The notes under the pieces were generated by a model. That model was not told the DNA's origin. It saw nothing but the letters and a program-made list of their open reading frames with translations, and made no database searches. From a bacterium (GTDB lineage Archaea > Thermoplasmatota > E2 > JACPAO01 > JAHFTW01): DNA of 64,000 bases. The first letter of the stretch is position 1. Each line of letters opens with the position of its first letter. Positions 55,699-64,000 of this stretch are shown one piece after another. The stretch covers positions 192,001 through 256,000 of the forward strand of contig JAZJZE010000009.1 of NCBI GenBank assembly GCA_040390065.1. Reading direction: 5' to 3'. Made by a program: the position numbers and the translations under genes.

Positions 55699-55748
55699 GG
55701 GCCGGGGACGGCGATGCAGCCCTTAGCCGTAGCGCAGCGCGTCGGCGC

Positions 55749-56177
55749 TCACGATGGCAGCGTGACGGAGCGCGCAAGGTCGCGGGCACCAAGCGCCAGA
55801 CGTGCAAGGGCCGTGTCGGCTAGGCTCGACAACTCGACGCGCGGGAACTTGGCCTGCGGGTCGAAGCCGGCGTCCGGCAGTTCCGGGCGCTCGTCGCACC
55901 ACGCCGTCCACGACGCCGCGGAGACGCCGTGGGCGTGCAGCAGGACGCGGGCCAACTCGAGGCGGGGAGAGGCTCCCGCGTGCAGCGTGCCGGCGGTGAA
56001 GGGCCGGCCTTGCGCATCTACGGCGACGAGGCGGATGGCCAAACGCCCGACTGCGAGGTTGCCGCCGCCGCCTTGCCAGGCGTGGGCGATGGTCCGCACC
56101 GGCAGGGCGACAGGCGGGTCGAGCCCTTGCAGGAAGCCGAGCAGCGCCGTTTCAGCCTGAACCTCGGGGGCTCCCAT
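55749..56177 (-). CDS. Hypothetical protein
   Basis: Fills the gap; ATG at 56177. Confidence 0.45.
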   Translation of the reverse strand: MGAPEVQAETALLGFLQGLDPPVALPVRTIAHAWQGGGGNLAVGRLAIRLVAVDAQGRPFTAGTLHAGASPRLELARVLLHAHGVSAASWTAWCDERPELPDAGFDPQAKFPRVELSSLADTALARLALGARDLARSVTLPS

Positions 56178-56358
56178 GCACCGTTTCCATGGCGGTGGCA
56201 CTTATGAGGCTATTCGGGTCAGGCAGGCTGCAGCGCAACCTGGGCGTGCCCAGGCAAGGGGATCCGGTTTGCGCCCGCCGCAATCGCATCGATGTCCGCC
56301 GATGGTCTCCCTGGCAGTTGCCGAAACGCTCATGTTGTTCCACCTGGGTGCCCGCGTC

Positions 56359-57048
56359 GTGAAGGAAGCGCTCCTGGAGAAGATGGCGGGCGAGATCACG
56401 CTCTCTGCTGCACCGGGGCCCACCATCCGAAAGTGGCGCGAATCCTTCGAATTGTCGCAATCGGAACTGGCCGCCCGCCTGGACGTCAACCCGAGCGTCG
56501 TCTCCGACTACGAATCGGGCCGCCGCAAGTCGCCGGGCATCGGGACCGTCCGGCGCATCGTCGAAGCCCTCGTCGACCTCGACGCGCAGCGGGGCGGCCA
56601 CGTGCTTGCACGCTACCACAGCCTCCTGAACCCGACGGAGGGCATCCTGGCCATCGGAGAATATCGCCGCAGCGTGCCGGGGCCCGAATTCCTCGAACGC
56701 ATCGAGGGCCGCGCCCTCGTCATGGCCAACCTGGCGCAGAGGTCGGTGCAGGGGTACACGCTCATCGACTCTCTCAAGGCCATTGCGAGCCTGAACGCAA
56801 CGGACTACGTGCGCGTCTACGGCTGGAACACGCAGCGCGCCCTGTGCTTCACCGGCATCAAGTACGGCCGCAGCCCGATGATCGCCATCCGGGTGCACCC
56901 GATGAAGCCCAGCCTCGTCGTGTACCACCGCCCTGAGGACGTCGACAAGCTCGCGTACCGCCTGGCCGAGTACGAACAGATCCCGCTGCTGACCACGGAC
57001 CTCGACTTGGACGAACTGGAAGCGCGCCTTGCAAGCTTGGTCGGCTAG
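56359..57048 (+). CDS. Archaeal Cro/C1-type HTH transcriptional regulator
   Basis: MAGEITLS..PG..IRKWRE.F..SQ, SDYESGRRKSPG, GRSPMIAIRV; start uncertain. Confidence 0.88.
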   Translation: MKEALLEKMAGEITLSAAPGPTIRKWRESFELSQSELAARLDVNPSVVSDYESGRRKSPGIGTVRRIVEALVDLDAQRGGHVLARYHSLLNPTEGILAIGEYRRSVPGPEFLERIEGRALVMANLAQRSVQGYTLIDSLKAIASLNATDYVRVYGWNTQRALCFTGIKYGRSPMIAIRVHPMKPSLVVYHRPEDVDKLAYRLAEYEQIPLLTTDLDLDELEARLASLVG

Positions 57049-59144
57049 GCCGAGCCGCGCCGCTGCCGCACTGCAAGGGCGACCAAGACGGCGACGAGGG
57101 CGGCGGCGCCGGCCATCATGGCAAGCGACGCCATCGTGAACTGCAACCCGTGGGCCCCCTGGAGTTGAGCCACCGGCGTGCCGGCGCACGGGTCGCACGC
57201 AGGCCGCGCGGCCGTTGCTGCACATGCGTCACCGACGCCGTCGCCGTTGGCATCCTTCTGGTCCGGGTTGGGCTTGAGCGGACAATCGTCGAGGAAGATG
57301 CCCACGTCGCCGGCCTGCGGCACGCCGTCGCCGTCGAGGTCGAGGTCGCAGGCGTCGCCCTGGTGGTCGCGGTCCATGTCGGTTTGGTCGCGGTTGGCGA
57401 TGCCGGGGCAATTGTCCACGGCGTCGTCCACCCAGTCGGCGTCGTCGTCGTGGATCGGCCGGGCGGCCGCCGCAGCGGTCGAGGTCGGGACGTCCGGTTC
57501 GTCCGGCTGGGCGTCGCAGGCATCGCCCAGACTATCGCGGTCGCGGTCGACCTGCTCATGGTTGGGGACGCTGGGGCAATTGTCGGCGATGTCCTCGATG
57601 CCGTCACGATCACTGTCCAAGGAATCGTCCATGTGGGAGGCCTCGGGCACGACGATGTTGAACCGTGTCGCGGCGAAGTTGTGCGCATCACGCACGGTGA
57701 CCGTCATGGTCCAGGTCCCGGTCTGCTTGACGAGCCAAATCCAGCAGTGGGTTTCCCAATCGAACTGGCCGCCCTCCGGCGCACCCTCGACCTGCCAGGA
57801 CAGCACGGGGGTGTCCGCGTCTGCCGCAGTGAAACAGATTTCCATGGTGTGATCGACGTGGCCGAGCCGGTCGCGCTCGTTCACGATGGTGGGCGGGCAG
57901 TCCGTGTCGGCGAACGCCTGGATGGTCTTGGTCATCGTCGACACTCCTTTTGCGGAGTCCTTGACGGTGAGCGTCACGTCGTACCAGCCGGTCACCGCGT
58001 AGGGGTGCGTGACGGCGGGCCCGGTGCCCCCGTTGCCATCACCGAAGTCCCAGTCCCACGACACGATGTCGCCGTCGGGGTCGGAGGCGGTGCTGGTGAA
58101 GTGCACGACGGGGTCCATGCAGGACTGGTCCGCCTGGTACTCGAATGACGCCACGGGAGGCTTGCCCGCCAGGTCGCCGCCGAAGGCCATGAAGAACGTG
58201 ACATCGAGGTTGGCCGCGCACGCCGCGGCGCAGAGGTGGGAGCGGTCGACGTTGAAGATGAGGGCCCCGATGGCCGCGAGGTCCGCCATGGCTGCCGGCC
58301 TGGTTGGGGCGGCGCCGTAGTACAGCGTGAAGGTGCGCGACGCCTTTGGGGCGAGGGTGCCGAAGTTGAAGTCCCACACCATGGCAGAGTCGGCCGGCCC
58401 TTGGTCGATAAGCGGAATGTTGGAGCCGGAGTTCGGGCCGCTGCCGAGGGAGACGAAGCCGTAGGTGGGGACCGGACACGTGGATGCCGAGGCGATGCGC
58501 GTCGCGACGATGGGGCTTGGCCCGAAGGATCCCGACGGGATGGTGTCGATTGTCTCCAGGGTCGAGTCGTCGTTGACGCCGGCCGAACCCCAGGACATGA
58601 CGCGGCGGTACAGCACGTTCGTGAGGGTGAAGGACGGGCTGTCGTTCTTCATCGTGATGTGGTCCTGGTACACGTCCGGGACCCCGGGGAACGGCTCGTA
58701 CTTCTGCGTCATGATGAGGTTGTTGATGACCACGACCGACTCGGCCGTCGTGGCGTCGCTCGTGAACGTGACGTCGGTTGGCGGGAAGGCCGAGACGCCG
58801 ACGCAGTTGTTCGTGTAGCCGGCCGTGTTCTTGTAGGCCGCAACGTTCTGGCCGGCGACGGTGACGCCCCAGCCCTCGCCTTCGAAGTCGCAGTCCATGC
58901 CCTCGTCGCCCGTCGGGTCGTAGTACACGCTCGTCACGGTGTTGGCGCAGTTCGTCGACTGCGGTCCACCTGGCTGCATGAGCTGGCCGGTCTTCTGTAC
59001 ACCGAGGTGGAGGTTGCCGCTGCCGATGACCGCCTGCCCGTCGGCCGGTTGGGTCAGTACGAGAAGGGCAACGGCACCGGCAAGGACGGCTGCCGCGCAC
59101 AGCAGGCCGACCGGCAGGGTCCGCGTCGATGACAGCAGCACCAC
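57045..59144 (-). CDS. Surface protein with PKD and thrombospondin type-3 repeats, TM anchor
   Basis: WDWDFGDG, DSDRDGIEDIADNCP repeats, TM-RQRR. Confidence 0.85.
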   Translation of the reverse strand: MVLLSSTRTLPVGLLCAAAVLAGAVALLVLTQPADGQAVIGSGNLHLGVQKTGQLMQPGGPQSTNCANTVTSVYYDPTGDEGMDCDFEGEGWGVTVAGQNVAAYKNTAGYTNNCVGVSAFPPTDVTFTSDATTAESVVVINNLIMTQKYEPFPGVPDVYQDHITMKNDSPSFTLTNVLYRRVMSWGSAGVNDDSTLETIDTIPSGSFGPSPIVATRIASASTCPVPTYGFVSLGSGPNSGSNIPLIDQGPADSAMVWDFNFGTLAPKASRTFTLYYGAAPTRPAAMADLAAIGALIFNVDRSHLCAAACAANLDVTFFMAFGGDLAGKPPVASFEYQADQSCMDPVVHFTSTASDPDGDIVSWDWDFGDGNGGTGPAVTHPYAVTGWYDVTLTVKDSAKGVSTMTKTIQAFADTDCPPTIVNERDRLGHVDHTMEICFTAADADTPVLSWQVEGAPEGGQFDWETHCWIWLVKQTGTWTMTVTVRDAHNFAATRFNIVVPEASHMDDSLDSDRDGIEDIADNCPSVPNHEQVDRDRDSLGDACDAQPDEPDVPTSTAAAAARPIHDDDADWVDDAVDNCPGIANRDQTDMDRDHQGDACDLDLDGDGVPQAGDVGIFLDDCPLKPNPDQKDANGDGVGDACAATAARPACDPCAGTPVAQLQGAHGLQFTMASLAMMAGAAALVAVLVALAVRQRRGSA

Positions 59145-59190
59145 CGCGCGGCAATCAGACTGGACCTAAATGGTTCTTCTGGCCCTTCCC

Positions 59191-59703
59191 CTAAGGGGAG
59201 ACGCGCACGCCGAGCCGGGCGAGAAAGACGAGGAGGCCAAAGAGGAGCCAGAAGATGGCGCCGGAGCCGCCGAGGACGATTGCGGCCGTGTCCCAGCGCT
59301 TGGCCCAAGGGAAATCCAGGCGCTTGTAGTAGCGGTGATTCGACAGGAAGACCCACGCGCCGAGCGCGAAGACCACGAGCGACGAGCCGATGGCCCACGT
59401 CGGCGACACTCCAGAGCCCGTCGTGCAGGACGCCGCGGCGCCTTTCGGGCAGCCGGCAAGCAGGTACACCAAGGCGATGCTGGCCGCCATGAGGCTTGCG
59501 CCAAACCATTCGCCATACAGGAAGCCGCGCGCCGCCGTGTACTTCGCGACGGTCTCCTCGGTGACGGCCATGCCGGCGCGGGCCTTCTGAGCACGCACCT
59601 TGCGGGCCTTCGTCTCGGGGTGGTTGCGCGAACCGAAGCGCTGCAGCAGGCCCATCGGCTTTTCCGGCGTCTCCGGTTGCGGCGGGTGGTCGGCGGGCGG
59701 CAT
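59191..59703 (-). CDS. Hypothetical 3-TM membrane protein
   Basis: Three hydrophobic helices; host-like codons. Confidence 0.7.
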   Translation of the reverse strand: MPPADHPPQPETPEKPMGLLQRFGSRNHPETKARKVRAQKARAGMAVTEETVAKYTAARGFLYGEWFGASLMAASIALVYLLAGCPKGAAASCTTGSGVSPTWAIGSSLVVFALGAWVFLSNHRYYKRLDFPWAKRWDTAAIVLGGSGAIFWLLFGLLVFLARLGVRVSP

Positions 59704-59780
59704 GGCCTCGTCGGGCACGGAGGCGGCCAGGAACGGGTTGTAGATGAAGGGTTGCGGGGGTGGCTGCGCAGGCGACGGCT

Positions 59781-60203
59781 CCCAACTGAAACAGGAATCC
59801 ACAGAATCGACGGAAATCCGACAAACCAGGGTTCCGTGGATTCGGTGGATTCCGATGCCGGGGCGAGGGCCGGGCAGCGGCCCCACCGTGATGCCGGCTC
59901 ACGGGCCACTGGCAGAAGCGCTCGCCATTCCGTGGGGTTCCGTACGCTCCGTGGCTCGTCAGGGGGACGCGCGCGACTTGCCAGAAGGCAATCAGTTGCG
60001 GTGTCCGACGACGACGCCCGACTGGAACAGGAATCCACGGAATCCACAGAAACCCAAGCAGTCGCGGTTCGGTGGATTCGGTGGATTCCAATGTCCGGGG
60101 CGGGGGCTGCGCAGCCCGCCTAGATTATGCCCGAAAACGCCCAACCCGCGCAACAGTTGGCTGCTCAGCGGACTCAGTGGTTGGTCACGGATACGCGCGC
60201 GAC
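59781..60203. repeat. Diverged tandem duplication (~230 bp unit) with GGAATCCAC hairpins and the asnS 3' end
   Basis: Hairpins at 59794-59853 and 60030-60089; 59959-59977 matches 60185-60203 at 16/19. Confidence 0.8.
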
Positions 60204-61621
60204 GGTGTGCGCGGGTACGGTAGCATGTCCCGGATGTGTTCCTGGCCGGTGAACCAACGAAGCAGCCGCTCGATGCCGAGGCCGAAACCCGCGTGAGGGA
60301 CAGAACCGTAGCGGCGGAGATCGAAGTACCAGTCGTAAGGCCGCAGGTATGCTTGGTTCATGGCTTCGTCGTCGGCCATGATGGATGGCAAGCGCTCGTC
60401 GCTGTCCCGCCCAAAGGTTTTCGCAATCGCCAGCAACTCCTCCCCGAATTTGGTCCTGTCTTCCTTGTCCGGGCTGCTGGCCATCGCTCGCCACTGTGCG
60501 ATGAGCCGCGTCTTCATGCTCTCGATGTCCTCACTCCTCTGGCTTCCCCCGATAATCTCCCCGAACCCGTCCGGCGCCAGCATGTCCGAGCACAGCACGC
60601 GGTCTGTTCCCTTCTTCTCGGCCATGTAGAACGCCTTGATGTTCGCCGGCCAGTCGCTGACGAAAATCGGGCTCGTGCGGCCTTCCGTGAGCGCCTTCTC
60701 GTGGGGCACGCCGAAGTCGTCGCCGTGGTTGATCTGGAATCCTTGCCGTTTGAGTTCGGCGATGGCGTCGGCGTAGTCGAGGCGCTCGAACGGGGCCTTC
60801 ACGGCGAGGAGGCGGGCCGGGTCCTGCTTGAGGATCTTGAGGTCCGCCTCGCATTCGCGTGCGACCGTGTGCGCGAGGTGCGTCACCATCTTCTCCTGGA
60901 ACTTGCGGTTGTCCTCGGAGTCCCACCAGGCGTACTCGGCTTCGAGGTGGTGGAATTCCGTGAGGTGCTTCGTGGTGCGGCTCTTCTCAGCTCTGAAACT
61001 CGGGGTGATGCAGAACACCTTGGGGATGCCGAAGATGCAGCCCTCGAGGTACATCTGGGCGCTCTGCGAGAGGTACGCGGTCTGGCCGAAGTAGTCGAAG
61101 GTGAACAGCGTCGATCCGCCTTCGCATGCGTTGGTCGTGATGACGGACGGGTCCACCTCGACGAAGCCCTCGGCGTCGTAGAAGTCGCGGATGGCCTTGT
61201 AGAGGCGGCCCTTGATGCGCAGGATGGCGGAGAGTTCGGTGCTGCGCAGCCACAAGTGCCGCATGTCAAGCTCGAACTCGGTGCCCTGCTCGCCGCGCAG
61301 CGGGAAGTCTGCGGCCTTCTGGTGCAGCGTGAACTTGGTGGCCTTGACCTCGAAGCCGCCGGGGGCGCGCTCGTCGGCCACGACGGTGCCTTCCAGCAAT
61401 TCGACGGAGGATTCGATGAGGGCCGACTTGGCAGACTCGAGGCTGGCGTCGTCGGCGACACCCGTCTTGACGGTGCATTGCACGACGCCGCCGGAGCCGT
61501 CGCGCAGGACGATGAAGGCCATCTTGCCGGCGGAGCGCGAGCGGTGCACCCAGCCGCGCACCCGGACCATCTGGCCGGTCTTGCGCCCCGCCAAGATGTC
61601 GCTCACCGTATCGAAGGCCAC
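60185..61621 (-). CDS. asnS: Asparagine--tRNA ligase
   Basis: OB fold, CEGGSTLF, LSQSAQMYLE, FRAEKSRTTKHLTEF, GEIIGGSQR, DLRRYGSVPHAGFGLGIER. Confidence 0.93.
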   Translation of the reverse strand: MAFDTVSDILAGRKTGQMVRVRGWVHRSRSAGKMAFIVLRDGSGGVVQCTVKTGVADDASLESAKSALIESSVELLEGTVVADERAPGGFEVKATKFTLHQKAADFPLRGEQGTEFELDMRHLWLRSTELSAILRIKGRLYKAIRDFYDAEGFVEVDPSVITTNACEGGSTLFTFDYFGQTAYLSQSAQMYLEGCIFGIPKVFCITPSFRAEKSRTTKHLTEFHHLEAEYAWWDSEDNRKFQEKMVTHLAHTVARECEADLKILKQDPARLLAVKAPFERLDYADAIAELKRQGFQINHGDDFGVPHEKALTEGRTSPIFVSDWPANIKAFYMAEKKGTDRVLCSDMLAPDGFGEIIGGSQRSEDIESMKTRLIAQWRAMASSPDKEDRTKFGEELLAIAKTFGRDSDERLPSIMADDEAMNQAYLRPYDWYFDLRRYGSVPHAGFGLGIERLLRWFTGQEHIRDMLPYPRTPSRAYP

Positions 61622-61667
61622 GGCGCGGCCACATGGCGGCCTGTCAAAAGGCTTGGCGCGAGGGGAT

Positions 61668-62084
61668 CTAGGCCGTCGTGTTGCCAGCGATGACTGGCGG
61701 CGACGGGGCGTCCGGGATGCGCGGGACCTCGGGGATGCGGGGGATCTCGGGCACGTGGACGCCTGGCGGGCAGTTGCCGGAGTGCTCGTGCACGGTCGCA
61801 TCGCCGCCGCCGCTGTGCGTCTCGATGCGTACGCTTTGTTGCGTGGAGTCGGACTGTTCGGTGCCGTCGGTGACGACGCGCGTCCCGTCGGGGCCGGACG
61901 AGCCTTCGGAATGATACGTGCCGTGGATGGTCGTCTCGGATTGCGTCTCGCCGACGGATTCGATGGTCTGGGGGCCCGTCGGCCCATGGCGCACGACGTC
62001 CGTCTCGCTGCACGACAACGGCGCACTTGCGCACCCCGCCACGGCGAACGCGACGAAGGCGGCCACCACGAGGACCTCTCGCAC
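61668..62084 (-). CDS. Hypothetical lipoprotein with Pro-rich tail
   Basis: VAGC lipobox; PEIPRIPEVPRIP. Confidence 0.65.
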   Translation of the reverse strand: MREVLVVAAFVAFAVAGCASAPLSCSETDVVRHGPTGPQTIESVGETQSETTIHGTYHSEGSSGPDGTRVVTDGTEQSDSTQQSVRIETHSGGGDATVHEHSGNCPPGVHVPEIPRIPEVPRIPDAPSPPVIAGNTTA

Positions 62085-62168
62085 GGTGGTGCATGCGCCC
62101 GACTCGCCGTAAATCTATGCCTTCGACGCCGACGCCGCGGCCGCCCTGGTTAAATCGCTGGCCGCCGC

Positions 62169-63071
62169 ATGGGAAGCATGGAGGCCGCAACGCGCGGAAA
62201 GGCCGAAGCCGCGCTGCAAGCGCTGCGCCGCGGCTGGCCCTTTGGGGCATTGCTTGCCTTCGGCTTGGGGCTCACGGTCGTTGTCGGCGCGAATCTGTCC
62301 AACGCCCAGCCGTATGGGGCTCGGCCTTGGGGTTGGCCAGGGGCGGCGTCCTTCGAGAACGGCGTCGCCTACGTGCGGCCCGAACTCGTGCTGGCCGTGA
62401 CGTTGCCGTGCGTCGTCTGGGGGGCTCGCGCCCTGCGCCGGGTGCCGCCCGGACTTCGTCCCTTTGCCGCCACGGCGGGTGTCGACCTTGCCGTTCTAGG
62501 CTGCGCGACGGTCGTCGGCACTTTGCTTGGGGCGTGGGGCGCATCGTCGTCCCCGGCCGACGCCCTGTGGGCCTTCGCCGTGGCACACGGACTTCTTGGC
62601 GCAACGTTCTACTCGATCGGCCTGGTTGCCGCCGCAGCCACACGCCGCTGGTCGCTCGCGGCAGCCGCCACCGCCTGGGTCGGCTTCGTGGTGCTGCTCG
62701 ACGACGGGATCAAGTTGCAGCTGTTCCGTCAGGCGGGTTATGCCAACCTGGTCACCGGCCAGTTCCCATCCTGGTTCTACTTGTCCCAGGGGCTCTCGCC
62801 TGTCGCCGCCTACCGTGCGCTGCTGATTGTTTGGCGTCCCGGCTTCCGCGACGGCCTGGAACATTACGTGCTTGATCGTGCCCCGATGCCCGGCTGGGTC
62901 AGTCCGGGAAACTTCGCTGCCGCCATCGTGGCGCTCTGGATCGCCGTGCCCATCGCCTTGGCCGCCGCCATTTGGTGGTGGCGCAGTCGCCGGGACACGA
63001 CCGAAGTCGGGCTCGCCGCGGCCATGCAGGAGGCCCACCAGATGGGCGTTGTACTCGACGACGAGCCCTAG
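62169..63071 (+). CDS. ABC-2-type permease-like membrane protein
   Basis: Multi-TM; PSW...LSPVAAY and W..VP motifs of archaeal ABC-2 permeases. Confidence 0.65.
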   Translation: MGSMEAATRGKAEAALQALRRGWPFGALLAFGLGLTVVVGANLSNAQPYGARPWGWPGAASFENGVAYVRPELVLAVTLPCVVWGARALRRVPPGLRPFAATAGVDLAVLGCATVVGTLLGAWGASSSPADALWAFAVAHGLLGATFYSIGLVAAAATRRWSLAAAATAWVGFVVLLDDGIKLQLFRQAGYANLVTGQFPSWFYLSQGLSPVAAYRALLIVWRPGFRDGLEHYVLDRAPMPGWVSPGNFAAAIVALWIAVPIALAAAIWWWRSRRDTTEVGLAAAMQEAHQMGVVLDDEP

Positions 63072-63721
63072 GGCCAGAGCCAAACGTCGCGGTGCGGATA
63101 GTGCACGGGCCATTCGTGGTCGGGCCGGCCGGCGGCCTCGTGCCAGGCGTCGAACCGTTTTTTCCACAACGCGTACTCGCGCGGCGGCGTCGGCAGGCGG
63201 CGGTGGCGGTTGGCGTTGAGTGCGTCCTCGACGGCCCACACGTTGCGCGACGACAGCCTCCACGGGGCACGCAACTCACGAAGGTCGAGGACACCGTAGC
63301 CCTTCACCCGGCCGGTCTGGTCGATGAAGGGAGCCATGTACGAGCGCACCAACGCGTCCAGCGTGCCGTACACGGGCCGTCGGCCATGCAGCCCCGGGCA
63401 ACGCGAACGGGCGACGGCGCCCCAGCGGCCTGCATCCCGGAAGAGGTAGATGACGTGGTCGAGGCGGTCGACGGACTCGATGTCCAGGATGACGGGCGGA
63501 TGGCCGTGCTGCTCGAGGATGGTCGCCGCCGACAAGGCCGCCTCGAGGCAATGGGCCGTACGGTGTCTGACGACGCCCCGCAAGGTCCGCGCCGTCTCGC
63601 CGCGACGCTCCCAGTTGTACGGCAAGCGGTTGAGCCAGTGCTGCACCGCGACCGGCGTGCGCAGGCGGCGGACCAGGGCACGCTCCCTCGGCGTGAAATT
63701 GGGGTCCGCGGGCGGCGTCAA
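63068..63721 (-). CDS. Conserved hypothetical, transglutaminase-like (Cys-His)
   Basis: WLNRLPYN, AHCLEAAL, DHVI, WGAVARS; start uncertain. Confidence 0.7.
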   Translation of the reverse strand: MTPPADPNFTPRERALVRRLRTPVAVQHWLNRLPYNWERRGETARTLRGVVRHRTAHCLEAALSAATILEQHGHPPVILDIESVDRLDHVIYLFRDAGRWGAVARSRCPGLHGRRPVYGTLDALVRSYMAPFIDQTGRVKGYGVLDLRELRAPWRLSSRNVWAVEDALNANRHRRLPTPPREYALWKKRFDAWHEAAGRPDHEWPVHYPHRDVWLWP

Positions 63722-63814
63722 CAGGCGGCAAGGGGCGGCCGGGACTTGGCGTCTTGGGTCACTTTCGCTTGCCTCTCGGCAAGGCCCAAACCTTTCCGGA
63801 GGTTGGTCGTTGCG

Positions 63815-63982
63815 ATGAGCCCCACCATCCTCGTGGCCTGCAACTCTTGTGGCGCGCGCTTTCCTGCCGAGACGCACGCCGGCCTCCTGCGCTGCACGCC
63901 TTGCGACGACCGACTCGCCTTCCGCTTGACCGGAACCGGGCCCCTGGTCACGCAGATTGTCGACGCGGAGGCCACCCTGTGA
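63815..63982 (+). CDS. Small zinc-ribbon protein
   Basis: CNSC...CTPC in a 55-aa ORF. Confidence 0.55.
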   Translation: MSPTILVACNSCGARFPAETHAGLLRCTPCDDRLAFRLTGTGPLVTQIVDAEATL

Positions 63983-64000
63983 AGTTCGCCGCCATTGTCT

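Noticed and set aside
59781-60120. CRISPR array
   Set aside because: Only two diverged long units, no constant repeat-spacer period and no cas genes.
61705-61755. 9-bp periodic repeat
   Set aside because: It encodes the PxIP tail of a lipoprotein, with no inverted partner.

Overview
High-GC archaeal chromosomal segment, most consistent with Thermoplasmatota. This placement is an inference from archaeal-type SHMT, NOG1, NIP7/PUA, AK6-type kinase, PGF-CTERM proteins, TATA-like promoters and a CCA-less tRNA, alongside bacterial-type gyrase. Housekeeping genes include gyrBA, smc-scpA-scpB, asnS, dinB, glyA, a split methylmalonyl-CoA mutase with meaB, an acyl-CoA dehydrogenase, glpD and tRNA-Phe. 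They are interspersed with many lipoproteins and surface proteins. I see no integrase, transposase or CRISPR array. Most notable: (1) three conserved genes (tRNA-Phe, acyl-CoA dehydrogenase, asnS) have their 3' ends duplicated 108-226 bp downstream, and the acd copy differs only at synonymous sites; the acd and asnS cases sit beside palindromes with 9-bp periodicity. (2) There are at least three dispersed non-coding repeat families, including a TA-flanked MITE at CTAG stop codons. (3) A candidate oriC (two inverted ORB-like boxes around an AT-rich tract) lies upstream of smc. (4) A perfect 24-bp Z-DNA-type tract lies in the gyrB leader. (5) A putative copper module combines a circularly permuted cupredoxin-membrane protein, a wHTH regulator, two His1 surface paralogs and CopCD. 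All calls are by eye from motifs; start codons are my best estimates.
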